Of a stretch of DNA of 64,000 bases, positions 19,846 through 29,922 are shown piece after piece (position 1 is the first letter of the stretch; every line of letters starts with the position of its first letter). Position numbers and translations under genes: made by a program. The notes under the pieces were generated by a model. The model was given only the letters and a program-made list of their open reading frames with translations, ran no database searches and was not told where the DNA came from. Source of the DNA: Burkholderiaceae bacterium (GTDB lineage: Bacteria > Pseudomonadota > Gammaproteobacteria > Burkholderiales > Burkholderiaceae_F); contig DASPTP010000028.1 of assembly GCA_035623355.1 (NCBI GenBank), positions 320 to 64,319 on the forward strand. Direction: 5' to 3'.

Positions 19846-22356
19846 TCAACGCTGCCATAAGATCAAAGCCGATTCCATCGGCGTTAACGCCTGCGGATGA
19901 GACGCGATCACGCGGGGCGTGTAGTGCGACTGCGGGCGCGATGCGGGTACGTTGGCGCAAAATACATATCCATTGATCGCCCCCGCAATGGCCGCTCCTC
20001 GCACCATCGTCTGGCGCACGGGTCCCCTTTCGGGTGCAGGGTCCGCGCAAAGTTCCACGCTGACCCAGTCCGGCTCGATCTCGCCCAAATAGACCTGCAC
20101 TTCAAACCGCCAGGCATCCCCCTCGCGCTCAATCGAGCTTCGTCCAAAGTGCACCTCGCGCCAGTTGGCGCGGGTTTTTGCCTCCCATTCTTGCAGTGCC
20201 TTAGCGACGTGCCGTCCCCCGTTGCAACGGTTACGGTAACCGGCCGCTGTCGGTCCGTAGAAACCTTCGACGTACTCTTTGAGCATCCGGTTGCTGCTAA
20301 ACCGTGGTGCGAGCTCGGCGATGCTCGCACGCATTCGCTCGATCCACTCGACCGGCAAGCCACGCGCGTCGCGCTCGTAAAACATCGACGCGGCCTCCCG
20401 TTCCAGGACCCGGTAGAGCAACTCCGCATCCACCGAGTCCGCGTTTGCGGCCGAATCGTCCGGCCCCCCGATCGCCCACCCTACGGCAGGCGTGTACGCC
20501 TCCGCCCACCAACCATCCAAGGTAGAAACATTCAGTCCTCCGTTGACGAGCACTTTCATGCCACTCGTACCGCATGCTTCCCACGGTCTACGGGGCGTAT
20601 TGATCCACAGATCCACGCCCTGCACCAGCTGCTGGGCAAGCGCCATGTCGTAGTCTTCAAGAAATACCGCGCGCGCGCGAACGTCCGGGCGATTGACGAA
20701 GTCGAGCCACTCGCGAACAAGCTGCTTGCCCACCTCATCGTCCGGGTGCGCCTTGCCGGCGACAATGATCTGCACCGGCTTTTGGGGATCGAGAAGCAGC
20801 CGCGCCAAGCGGTCGGGATCCTGTAGCAGCAGATTGGGACGTTTGTACTCAGCAAAGCGTCGCGCAAAACCCAAAGTCAGCACATTCGGATCGAGCACCC
20901 GAGACGCTTCGGTAATTCTTCTCCGATCCTCGCCCCGCTGCTCGAGCTGCCAAACCAAACGCTCGCGCGCGTACTGCACCAAGTCACGACGCTTTCGCGC
21001 TGCCATGCCCCACAAGGTGGTGTCGTCCTTCGTGCGTATTGCCTCGACGAGATTGCTGGCGTCTCCAAGCCATCGGTCCTTGCCGCAGGCGGAGGTCCAA
21101 AGCTCATCGGCCCAAACCGAATCCCACGACGGGACGTGAACACCGTTGGTGACGTGTTCGATCGGCACCTCCCATTCCGGCCAGTCCGGGTACAGCGGTT
21201 GGAACAGATGGCGACTTACCTGGCCGTGCAGACGACTGACCCCGTTAGCTCGAGTGCACCCGCGGAGTGCGAGATAGGCCATATTGAACGGCTCGGCCTC
21301 GTTATGCGGATCCCGCCGCCCCAATGTGAGAAACTCCTGCAGCGGCAGGTTGCACTTTTCCAGGTAGTCGCGGAAATACTGACGAATGAGATCCGTGGAA
21401 AAGGTATCAAATCCGGCACTGACCGGTGTATGCGTCGTAAAGATGTTGCCCGCGCGAGTGGTCCACCACGCTTCGCGGAACGATCCGCCGCCGGCGAGCA
21501 TGTAGCGACGCGCGCGCTCGACGACCGCAAAGGCCGCGTGCCCCTCATTCAGATGGCACACGTCCGCATCAATACCAAGTTCCATCAGCAACGACCAGCC
21601 ACCAATTCCCAGAACAATCTCCTGCAGCAGTCGCGTCTCAGGCGCTCCCGCGTAGAGCTTGGCCGTGATGCCCCGATCGCCAGGACCGTTGAGCAGGTCG
21701 TTCGTATCCAGAAGGTATAGCGCCAAGCGCCCGACCTTGGCCTGCCAAACTCGCAGGTAAACGATGCGTCCGGGCAAGGGCAAACCAATGCGCAGCCACG
21801 CGCCCGTTGGTCCCATGACCGGCTGAATCGGCAGGTCGGCGGGATTGTTGTAGGGATACGCCTCGCGCTGCTGGCCGCTGGCATCGATCATCTGGCGGAA
21901 ATATCCCTCCTGGTACAGCAGGCCAACGCCTACCAGGGGCAGTCCCATGTCGCTTGCCGTCTTCAGATAATCGCCGGCTAAGACGCCCAAGCCCCCTGCG
22001 TACAGCGGAAAGGCCTCGCCCAATCCAAATTCCATGCTGAAGTACGCCACGGTCCGAATGCCTAAGCCACCATGGTTTGCGGCAAACCAAGTGCGGTCAC
22101 TGGCGTACCGGTCGCGTTCCTCGAGCAAACTTTTTAGTTCCTGCCGAAACGACGCATCGGCGGCGAATTGCTCGAGACTCTTTTGCGGGAGGTTTTGCAA
22201 GATCACCCAAGGATTTCGCGTCCGCTCCCACAGCGACGCGTCGAGCCTGCGCCAAAGGGCATCCCCAGCGTGACTCCAAGTCCAGCGTAGGTCCAAAGCG
22301 AACTCGGCGAGCGGCGCCAAGCTCTCCGGCCAGACGCGCGGCAAAAAGTGGTACAT
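19846..22356 (-). CDS. glgP: Alpha-glucan (glycogen) phosphorylase
   Basis: YFSMEFG, YAGGLGVLAGD, HLNEGH, ARRFAEYKR, PLP site EACGTSGMK; ATG at 22356. Confidence 0.95.
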   Translation of the reverse strand: MYHFLPRVWPESLAPLAEFALDLRWTWSHAGDALWRRLDASLWERTRNPWVILQNLPQKSLEQFAADASFRQELKSLLEERDRYASDRTWFAANHGGLGIRTVAYFSMEFGLGEAFPLYAGGLGVLAGDYLKTASDMGLPLVGVGLLYQEGYFRQMIDASGQQREAYPYNNPADLPIQPVMGPTGAWLRIGLPLPGRIVYLRVWQAKVGRLALYLLDTNDLLNGPGDRGITAKLYAGAPETRLLQEIVLGIGGWSLLMELGIDADVCHLNEGHAAFAVVERARRYMLAGGGSFREAWWTTRAGNIFTTHTPVSAGFDTFSTDLIRQYFRDYLEKCNLPLQEFLTLGRRDPHNEAEPFNMAYLALRGCTRANGVSRLHGQVSRHLFQPLYPDWPEWEVPIEHVTNGVHVPSWDSVWADELWTSACGKDRWLGDASNLVEAIRTKDDTTLWGMAARKRRDLVQYARERLVWQLEQRGEDRRRITEASRVLDPNVLTLGFARRFAEYKRPNLLLQDPDRLARLLLDPQKPVQIIVAGKAHPDDEVGKQLVREWLDFVNRPDVRARAVFLEDYDMALAQQLVQGVDLWINTPRRPWEACGTSGMKVLVNGGLNVSTLDGWWAEAYTPAVGWAIGGPDDSAANADSVDAELLYRVLEREAASMFYERDARGLPVEWIERMRASIAELAPRFSSNRMLKEYVEGFYGPTAAGYRNRCNGGRHVAKALQEWEAKTRANWREVHFGRSSIEREGDAWRFEVQVYLGEIEPDWVSVELCADPAPERGPVRQTMVRGAAIAGAINGYVFCANVPASRPQSHYTPRVIASHPQALTPMESALILWQR

Positions 22357-22414
22357 GTCAGTTCCTAGCGATTGGTTGGTTCGCCCACCGTTCTTTCCTT
22401 TTTTTTCACAAAAC

Positions 22415-23560
22415 CTACGACGTCTGGCCTTGCCCCGGGCGTTGCGCGCGAACCTTTCTTTCAATGCTCACAATCAGCTTATCGTAGGGAGCGATAAATT
22501 TGCGCAAGCCCTCCTCCTCGAGCTGCTGGGCAACACCCTCTCGGTCAATTCCCAGCCTTGCCAGTCGCGTGAGCACGTCTTCATAGCGAGGCAATTCCTC
22601 CATCAATCGCATCGCCGGTTGGCCATGGTCGCGATATGCGTCAATCGTCTCCAGGGGCATCGTGTTTATCGTATCGGGCCCGATCAAGGGTTCGACGTAC
22701 TTGACGTCGGAATACGCGGCATTTTTCGTGCTCGTGCTGGCCCAAAGCAGCCGCTGCACGCGCGCCCCGCGCTGCGCGAGAGCGCGAAACCGCGCGCTCG
22801 AAAGAGTCGTTCGAAACTGCCCATAGGCAAGCTTGGCGCAGGCGATCGCGCATTCGCCCTTCAACGGCAAGGCGTCGGCTTGCGACGATGCCGACTGTTT
22901 GGAAAGGTCCTCCACCATCGTGTCCACGAGCGTATCGATACGGCTCAGAAAAAAACTCGCCACCGAAGCTACCGAACGCACCGACCGGTTCGCTTGCTCG
23001 CGGTCTTCCAGTCCCGCGAGGTACGCCTGCGCAACTTCCGCATAGCGCGTCAGCCCAAAGAGTAGCGTCACGTTGACGTTGATACCCTCGGCCAACAGGC
23101 GCCGGACCGCCGGCAATCCGGCGCGAGTCGCCGGGACTTTGATGAGCACGTTGGGCTGATCGAGCGCGCCCCACAGCTCGCGAGCCTCCCGCAACGTGCC
23201 TTCGGTATCGTGCGCCAGGTGTGGCGAAACCTCCAGACTGACATAACCGTCGACACCATCGCTTGCGTCGTACATTGGCCGAAGCAAGGTAGCGGCGTCC
23301 GCGACATCGCGCACCGTCAAGTGCCGGTAGATTGCCGTGGGGCTTTGGCCTTGTCTCGCGAGGGCGGCTATCGTCCCATCGTAGTGGGTACTGCCATTGA
23401 TCGACTTCTCGAAAATCGCCGGATTGGTCGTAACGCCCGCAATTGCGTCGTTCTCGATCAGCCGGCGCAGCGCTCCGGAGTCGATCAGTTCGCGATCCAG
23501 GTAATCGAGCCAGACGCTTTGCCCATAGCCGCGGATGAGTTTGAGAGAACTCGGTTTCAT
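22415..23560 (-). CDS. tal: Transaldolase
   Basis: GVTTNPAIF, VSLEVSP, NVLIKVPAT, NVNVTLLF, SVASFFLSRID, LLWASTSTK. Confidence 0.93.
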   Translation of the reverse strand: MKPSSLKLIRGYGQSVWLDYLDRELIDSGALRRLIENDAIAGVTTNPAIFEKSINGSTHYDGTIAALARQGQSPTAIYRHLTVRDVADAATLLRPMYDASDGVDGYVSLEVSPHLAHDTEGTLREARELWGALDQPNVLIKVPATRAGLPAVRRLLAEGINVNVTLLFGLTRYAEVAQAYLAGLEDREQANRSVRSVASVASFFLSRIDTLVDTMVEDLSKQSASSQADALPLKGECAIACAKLAYGQFRTTLSSARFRALAQRGARVQRLLWASTSTKNAAYSDVKYVEPLIGPDTINTMPLETIDAYRDHGQPAMRLMEELPRYEDVLTRLARLGIDREGVAQQLEEEGLRKFIAPYDKLIVSIERKVRAQRPGQGQTS

Positions 23561-24182
23561 TGGTCACTCCTAGCCGCGCGTGCCGCTACGCACCTTCGAC
23601 GGCGGTGCGCGATATGCCCGTGTGGCGCGCGGCGATAAATTGCGGCGTTCAATCGATCGGTCGCGCGGCGCCGCTGCCGCTCGTGCCACGCCAACCGAGC
23701 TTTTCCAACGGCTGCCCGCTTCACCGCCGGACACTGAGCCCCTTCGAACGCTGCGCGCCACGGTGTGGGGCGGTTAGAAAGTCTAGCAACCCGATATGTC
23801 AGAAATTTGAGCCCTGCGTCCGTCAAAAGGACGAAAACGCCAGGGCGCAGCGGCCGGCGGCGCAAATGCGCACGATGGAAAAAGCGCCGCCGGCACGAAT
23901 GCTCAGCGGCCCGTGCGTCGATTCTTGGCCGTCCGCTCGAATCTTGGGCGCTACGCAAAAAAAATCCATGATGCACGACGCACAAACCTCCAAACGTGCG
24001 GCACCTATGGGAATCGCCGAGGCCGGACGGTGGAATCGGTGTCGTCGCACGCGGGTGCCGCCGCGGCGCAATCCATGCGATCGATGTGGCGCGACGCGGG
24101 GGCTTCTCGTTGCGTGGTGTCGGTCTTCGCAAAGCCCTCGCAGAAAATACGCGCCCGCGCTGGCGGCGTTCGCGGAACTCTG

Positions 24183-25142
24183 CTACGCGATTTGGGTGGG
24201 AACCGCCGCCTTCCCTGCGAGCGGCCCGCTCGCGGCCGGCCGAACATCATCGCGCAGCCTTGCGCCGTCCTCTTCGGGTCGCACCGGCCACTGGGCATTG
24301 GCCAGGTCGAATCGAGGAAACGGTCCGGCCACCTCCTGGCGCGTTGCTTCGAAGGATTCGAGCGTACCGATGTCGCGCCAGTACCCAGGCTCTTCGTACT
24401 CTCGAATACCTGGCACACAGTTTGTCAGGAAGTCATACGCAAAAACTCGATGCGTTTGCGGCAAACGAGGCAAAATGTGCAGACCAAAATCGACATCACC
24501 GCGCCGCTGGGCCTGATCGAGAAGCTGCGTCAACACGCCTCGATTAAAAAGGTAATTGCCCATGGACGCGAAGGCGCGCGTGGGATCGGCGGGAAGCGGC
24601 ATCGGGTTGCGGGGCTTTTCCTGAAAATGTGTCAGTTCGCCAGATGCGCCCGTGGCAAGAACTCCAAAAGACGAAGCCCGTTGAATGGGTACCGGCAGGG
24701 CGGCCACGGTAACCTCGGCGTCCCGCTGCTCATGAAAGCTCACCATTTGGCGAACATCCATTCGATAGACATGGTCCGCGGCAAATACCGCGACCAAATC
24801 CGGCCGATGGCGTTCGATCAAATCCAAGTTTTGGTACACCGCATTGGCCGTACCGGTAAAGCAAGAACCGTCATGAGCGTCCGGCAGCACGGGCGTGATA
24901 AAGCAACCCGCGTCCGGCGTGCGGGGTGCCCAGTGTCGGCGCAAATGCGCGATGATGGCCTGCGGCTTGTATTGCAGCAGGACGTAGATGGAAATAATCC
25001 CCGAGTTGACAAGGTTGGCAAGAACAAAGTCAATGATTCGCAACCCCTTGGCCAGGGTTAGCGCGGGCTTGGGCACATGATCCGTCAGGGGGTGAAGTCG
25101 CGAGCCTTCACCCCCGGCCAAAACCACCGCGAGAACCTTCAA
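24183..25142 (-). CDS. glgC: Glucose-1-phosphate adenylyltransferase-like protein lacking the C-terminal beta-helix (truncated or pseudogene)
   Basis: LAGGEGSRL.PLT, GTANAVYQN, ADHVYRMD, FQEKP, ASMGNYLF, DFG, YWRDIGT; ends about 30 aa after WPV; TTG start inferred. Confidence 0.75.
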   Translation of the reverse strand: MKVLAVVLAGGEGSRLHPLTDHVPKPALTLAKGLRIIDFVLANLVNSGIISIYVLLQYKPQAIIAHLRRHWAPRTPDAGCFITPVLPDAHDGSCFTGTANAVYQNLDLIERHRPDLVAVFAADHVYRMDVRQMVSFHEQRDAEVTVAALPVPIQRASSFGVLATGASGELTHFQEKPRNPMPLPADPTRAFASMGNYLFNRGVLTQLLDQAQRRGDVDFGLHILPRLPQTHRVFAYDFLTNCVPGIREYEEPGYWRDIGTLESFEATRQEVAGPFPRFDLANAQWPVRPEEDGARLRDDVRPAASGPLAGKAAVPTQIA

Positions 25143-25641
25143 GCGAGCGCGCTCCGGTTTGTGTGCCTCGCGGGCCAACTCTCCCAGCAGCCAATGTGCT
25201 GGTCCGTCGCGCTCCGGTGCCCAAGGTGCTTTCGCCTCGCGGCGGGTCGCCACTTAAGGGAAGTCACCCTTGGGTCGGATGCGATGACGCCGGCCTCTAA
25301 TGCCCCTTTTCTGCCCCCTTGTTCCTCCGAGCCAGCATCAGACAATATCCTCGCCGGCAAGCGACGCGTTGACGGATATCAATGGCACCGATTCCATCAC
25401 CACGCTAGGGACGCGCCTACGGCTGGGCAAACCATCTCGCATTTGCCGAGGAGAGTCGACCTTCCCGCGGCCAGGCGCTGCGCCGTACCCTGCGGGCCGG
25501 GAGCAACCCACGAGGGCGCACCTGACGGTCCGATGCAGACGAATTTCCCGTATGTGAGCAGCCACTGCCTCGGAGGCAATTACCGGGTAGTCGGCGGACC
25601 GAGCCTCCTTCGCTTCGGCCGCCTAACGGTGCGCTTTAGGG

Positions 25642-26061
25642 CTAGTTCGAAGCCGATGGCTTGCCGACCTTGTTGGCTTTCGCGGCGACCCGGCTACGGA
25701 GTTTTTCAACCTCGACAACAAAGCGACTATGGCTGCCTTGACTGATTTGTTCAACGTCGTCTCTTGCGTGCAGTGTAAATGTCACAAGACGGCCCTCGAT
25801 CTTGGCCACGGTCACGGTGATCTGGACGTTCATGCCGCGCAATGTCGCCCCTTCGTGCGAAACGCTAATGCCCGTTCCGACCGAATCCTCGCCCGCATCC
25901 AAGTGGTCGAGCAAAAACTCCCGGCAGGCATATTCGAAGTCTCGCACCAGCGCGGGCGTCGCGTACACGCGCAACGCTTCGCCAAGAAAGTCGATCGTGC
26001 GCTCGGTGTCGACAACCAAGCTTCGCGTTGCCGACAAGCCCGTACTCAAAGTGCTCTTCAT
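25642..26061 (-). CDS. Hot-dog fold acyl-CoA thioesterase (FlK-like)
   Basis: VYATP..V..FE, SVGT.ISVSH, G.HSRFVV; Thr/Glu/His triad; ATG at 26061 after a GGAGG RBS. Confidence 0.85.
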   Translation of the reverse strand: MKSTLSTGLSATRSLVVDTERTIDFLGEALRVYATPALVRDFEYACREFLLDHLDAGEDSVGTGISVSHEGATLRGMNVQITVTVAKIEGRLVTFTLHARDDVEQISQGSHSRFVVEVEKLRSRVAAKANKVGKPSASN

Positions 26062-26094
26062 GTTCGCCTCCCCCTTGGCGTTGCGCCGCAAAAA

Positions 26095-26131
26095 GATACG
26101 GTCGGACCTTGTTTTTTCCTGAGTATGTATC
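26095..26131. promoter_or_regulatory. PaaX/PadR-type operator 1 (GATACG-N25-TGTATC)
   Basis: Near-perfect inverted hexamers with the same 25-nt spacer as operator 2, upstream of the thioesterase. Confidence 0.6.
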
Positions 26132-26271
26132 ACAAATTTTTTAAGCCCGCGGACGACAACCGGAACCCCTGACCGGCCTGCTTTTTTTGCGACAGCAAAG
26201 TCGAGCCGGCTGCTGCGAAGCACAATTCGCTGCTTTGCACAATCGAGCCCACGGTTCGGCTCCGAGCCGAA

Positions 26272-26285
26272 TTGATACACATCAG
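26272..26285 (+). promoter_or_regulatory. FNR-type box (TTGAT-ACAC-ATCAG)
   Basis: 9/10 match to TTGAT-N4-ATCAA; candidate -10 TATCAT at 26307-26312 gives roughly class II spacing. Confidence 0.6.
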
Positions 26286-26311
26286 GACGAACTTTTCGTG
26301 TTTTTGTATCA
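26273..26311. promoter_or_regulatory. PaaX/PadR-type operator 2 (TGATACA-N25-TGTATCA)
   Basis: Perfect 7-bp inverted repeat upstream of padB; resembles GATACA..TGTATC PaaX sites; paaX is in the same cluster. Confidence 0.7.
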
Positions 26312-26515
26312 TTAGATTATATGTCGGGCTGATTCGCGCGTCGGTCGATAGCGTACCCGAGTAAAAGACAGACGTTCGCCTGTCGGCCTCCTTTGCACCA
26401 AGGCGCGGCGCTTTGCTGGCTCAACGATGCCTCGCGCCTAAGAACTGAGGCCGGTCATTGCGACGTCGAACAGATATCGCGCCTTCGACGAAGCGCGGCG
26501 AAAGGAAATGGCCGA

Positions 26516-29278
26516 ATGACAAGCTCCAGCAAGTTGAAATCTACGGACGTGCGGCACGTTCCTACGTTTTGCTACAACTGCGTGTCCGGACCCGACTTTA
26601 TGAAAGTCACGGTTCAAGACGGCGTGGCCACCGACATCGAACCGAACTTTGACGCACAGGATGTTCATCCGGCACGCGGACGCGTCTGCGTGAAGGCCTA
26701 CGGCCTCGTACAAAAAACCTACAACCCCAACCGCGTGCACACACCGATGAAGCGCACCAATCCAAGGAAGGGCCGCGAACAGGATCCCGGGTTCCTGCCA
26801 ATCTCCTGGGACGAAGCGCTCGATATCGTCGCGACAAAGCTAAACACCATTCGCGCCAAGGGATTGCTCGACGAAGCGGGTCTGCCGCGCGTGGCCGTGA
26901 GCTTTGGGCACGGAGGAACGCCCGCCAATTACATGGGGACGTTCCCGGCGTTCTTATCCGCTTGGGGACCCATCGATTACAGCTTCGGTTCGGGGCAGGG
27001 CGTCAAGTGCGTGCATTCGGAACATTTGTACGGCGAGTTCTGGCATCGCGCCTTTACGGTCTCCGCCGATACGCCCAATGCGCGCTACGTCATCGCCGTT
27101 GGCGCCAATGTCGAGGTCACCGGCGGCCCATGTGCCGTCATCCGGCACGCCGATGCGCGATTGCGCGGTTATAAGCGAGTGCAGGTCGAACCGCACCTGA
27201 CGGTGACCGGCGCGTGCTCGGCGGAGTGGGTGCCGATTCGCCCGAAGACGGATCCTGCATTTCTCTTTGCGCTGATTCACGTCCTGCTCCACGAACACGG
27301 TGTATCGAAGCTCGATGTGGAGTTTTTGCGCGACCGGACGTCCTCGCCGTATTTGGTAGGACCCGACGGCCTGTATCTGCGCGACCCGGACACCGAGCAG
27401 CCACTCGTCTGGGACGAGCTTGCCGCTCGAGCCGTCGCCTTTAACACACCGGGCGTGCGACCCGCGCTGACCGGGCGATTTCGTGTGCCGCGAGCCAAAG
27501 TTCTTGATGCCGACGATGTGCGGCGGGAATTGAATAACGTCGAAGGCGTAACCGCTTGCGAGATGCTCGTCGGGCACATGGCAAAGTACACGCCCGAATG
27601 GGCAGCGGCCATCTGTGACGTGCCGGCCGCTGCGATCCGTCGCATCGCGGGCGAGTACCTTGACAACGCTTCGATTGGCGCGACCATCCAGATTGACGGA
27701 AAGACGCTAGCGCTGCGGCCGGTTGCCGTCACTCTGGGCAAGTCGGTGAACAATGGGTGGGGCGCATACGAATGCTGCTGGGCACGTACCGTACTCGCCG
27801 CACTGGTCGGAGCTTTGGAAAATCCCGGGGGCATACTCGGAACAACCGTGCGCCTAAACCGCCCGCAGGACAACCGCCATCGAAGCGTCGAGCCTGGGCA
27901 GGACGGTTTCATGGTTCAGCACTTCAATCCCACGGACCGCCAGCACTGGGCGTCAAAGCCCACGACCCGCTCCGCGCACACAACCCTGGTGCCCATCGTC
28001 GGCAACAACGGCGCTTGGAGTCAAGCGCTGGGCCCCACTCAACTGGCTTGGATGCACCAGTGGGAGCGTCCTTCGGATTGGAACATGCCAACGCCGACGA
28101 CTCCGGAGCTGTGGATCGTCTATCGCTCCAACCCGGCGATCTCCTTCTGGGAAACGGACAAGCTCGCGAAAATCGTGGCGCACTTTCCATTCATGGTTTG
28201 CTTCGCCTATACGGTCGATGAAACCAATTACATGGCCGACCTGCTGTTGCCCGAAGCAACGGACCTGGAGTCCACTCAACTGATCCGCATGGGTGGCACC
28301 AAGTACATGGAGCAGTTTTGGGATCACAAGGGTGTCGTGTTGCGGCAGGCCGCGGTCGAACCGCAAGGCGAGGCGCGCGATTTCACCTGGATCAGCACCG
28401 AATTGGCCAAGCGCACGGGTCTGACGCAGGGGTACATCGAGGCGCTCAATCGAGGGGTCTCGGGCGTTGCTCCGCTCAAGGGTGCGGGCTACGACTTTAG
28501 CCTCGATCCGCGCACGCCTCCAGAACCCGCGCGCATTTGGGATGCCGCTTGCCGCGCATCGACCTTTGCGCTCTCCGGCGGCAAGCAGACGCACGATCTT
28601 GAGTGGTTCAAGGAGCACGGCTTTTATGCAATCCCGATCTCCCGCCTCGAGTGGTACCTGACGCCAACGCTCGAACGGATGGGTCTGCGCTACGAACTGC
28701 CCTACCAGGAACGCCTGCTGCGGGTCGGCCGTGAGCTGAAGAACCGCCTCCACGAAAACAAGATGTCGTGGTGGGACGAACAGCTCGCCGAATATGCGGC
28801 ACTTCCCGACTGGCACGACGTTCCCGAGCGCTGGCGCCGAAACCTAGAGCGTATGGGCGCACGCCGGGAGGACTTCCCGTTTTGGCTGCTGGCAACGAAG
28901 AGCATGCAATACCACGCCGGCGGCAACGCGGGCATTGCCCTCATGAACGAAGTTGCCCAGAACCTGCATGGGCATACCGGCGTGATGATCCACGCACAGA
29001 CCGCCGCACGCTTGGGCATCGCCGAGGGCGATCGGGTCGAGGTTCGTTCCTACATCGGCGCCACGTACGGTACCGCCGCCTTGGTCCAAGGCATACGGCC
29101 CGACACTCTTGTGATTACGGGCCAGTTCAATCACTGGGCGACGCCGTTCGCCAAGGATCTGAAGCTGCCCAGCCTCAATGCGATCGCGCCAATGTCTCTG
29201 GAGTTGACGGATGCCACGGGCTCGGGTGCGGACATTGTTTGCGTGGCGTTGCGGCGTGTCGCAGGGGCGACGATATGA
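26516..29278 (+). CDS. padB: Phenylacetyl-CoA:acceptor oxidoreductase, molybdopterin subunit
   Basis: DMSO-reductase family: CYNC..GPD..CVKAYG, PMKRTNP, ISWDEALD, WVPIRPKTD, C-terminal MPT domain; no Tat signal; context padCD-paaK-paaX. Confidence 0.85.
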   Translation: MTSSSKLKSTDVRHVPTFCYNCVSGPDFMKVTVQDGVATDIEPNFDAQDVHPARGRVCVKAYGLVQKTYNPNRVHTPMKRTNPRKGREQDPGFLPISWDEALDIVATKLNTIRAKGLLDEAGLPRVAVSFGHGGTPANYMGTFPAFLSAWGPIDYSFGSGQGVKCVHSEHLYGEFWHRAFTVSADTPNARYVIAVGANVEVTGGPCAVIRHADARLRGYKRVQVEPHLTVTGACSAEWVPIRPKTDPAFLFALIHVLLHEHGVSKLDVEFLRDRTSSPYLVGPDGLYLRDPDTEQPLVWDELAARAVAFNTPGVRPALTGRFRVPRAKVLDADDVRRELNNVEGVTACEMLVGHMAKYTPEWAAAICDVPAAAIRRIAGEYLDNASIGATIQIDGKTLALRPVAVTLGKSVNNGWGAYECCWARTVLAALVGALENPGGILGTTVRLNRPQDNRHRSVEPGQDGFMVQHFNPTDRQHWASKPTTRSAHTTLVPIVGNNGAWSQALGPTQLAWMHQWERPSDWNMPTPTTPELWIVYRSNPAISFWETDKLAKIVAHFPFMVCFAYTVDETNYMADLLLPEATDLESTQLIRMGGTKYMEQFWDHKGVVLRQAAVEPQGEARDFTWISTELAKRTGLTQGYIEALNRGVSGVAPLKGAGYDFSLDPRTPPEPARIWDAACRASTFALSGGKQTHDLEWFKEHGFYAIPISRLEWYLTPTLERMGLRYELPYQERLLRVGRELKNRLHENKMSWWDEQLAEYAALPDWHDVPERWRRNLERMGARREDFPFWLLATKSMQYHAGGNAGIALMNEVAQNLHGHTGVMIHAQTAARLGIAEGDRVEVRSYIGATYGTAALVQGIRPDTLVITGQFNHWATPFAKDLKLPSLNAIAPMSLELTDATGSGADIVCVALRRVAGATI

Positions 29279-29922
29279 CGCGGTACGCAATGGTGATCGA
29301 CTTGCGGCGCTGTGTCGGCTGCCAGACCTGCACCGCAGCCTGCAAGAGCGCCAACGCGACACCGCCCGGCGTTCAGTGGCGCCGCGTGCTCGACATCGAA
29401 AGCGGCGAATTCCCCGACGTGCGGCGCAGCTTTGTGCCGGTATCGTGCATGCACTGCGCCAACCCGCCGTGTGAGCACGTATGCCCTACGACCGCGACAA
29501 AAATGCGCGCCGATGGCCTCGTGACGATTGACTACGAACTGTGCATCGGCTGCGCGAATTGCGTGATGGCCTGCCCCTATGAGGCCCGCAGCATCGTGCA
29601 CGAGGCGCGGTACGCCTACGGGAAGGAACCGATGGCCTCCGAAGCGGCGCGTTTTGACCCGTCGCGCCTCGGCGTGGCAACCAAATGCACCTTCTGTCGC
29701 GATCGCATCGATCAAGCGGCCGCAACCGGACAGGTGCCGGGCGTGGATCCGGAGGTAACGCCGGCCTGCGTAAACGCCTGCATTTCGGGCGCTATGCATT
29801 TTGGTGACGTCGCCGATCCAGTGAGCAACGTATCGCACTTGTTGGCCCAAAACGCGCATTTCCGAATGCACGAGGAGCTCGGGACGGAACCCGGGGTGTA
29901 TTACCTGTGGGACCAACCATGA
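29275..29922 (+). CDS. padC: Phenylacetyl-CoA:acceptor oxidoreductase 4x[4Fe-4S] subunit
   Basis: DLRRCVGCQTCTAACK, CMHCANPPC..VCP, CIGCANCVMACP, KCTFC..PACVNAC; ATGA overlap. Confidence 0.88.
   Translation: MTRYAMVIDLRRCVGCQTCTAACKSANATPPGVQWRRVLDIESGEFPDVRRSFVPVSCMHCANPPCEHVCPTTATKMRADGLVTIDYELCIGCANCVMACPYEARSIVHEARYAYGKEPMASEAARFDPSRLGVATKCTFCRDRIDQAAATGQVPGVDPEVTPACVNACISGAMHFGDVADPVSNVSHLLAQNAHFRMHEELGTEPGVYYLWDQP

Noticed and set aside
23561-24182. Hidden gene or ncRNA in the tal-glgC gap (also 25250-25640 and 15843-16181)
   Set aside because: The ORFs there are Arg/Pro/Ala-rich without motifs, and no recognisable RNA structure or repeats were seen by eye.
12836-26061. Fluoroaromatic or fluoroacetate detoxification system linking the fluoride operon and the FlK-like thioesterase
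   Set aside because: The two are more than 10 kb apart with unrelated genes between them, and the thioesterase carries a PaaX-type operator tying it to the pad cluster.
26570-26700. PadB N-terminal Fe-S motif with only three Cys (CYNC..GPD...C) as a novelty
   Set aside because: As recalled, this pattern is normal for PadB proteins, so it is used as support for the call rather than as a novelty.
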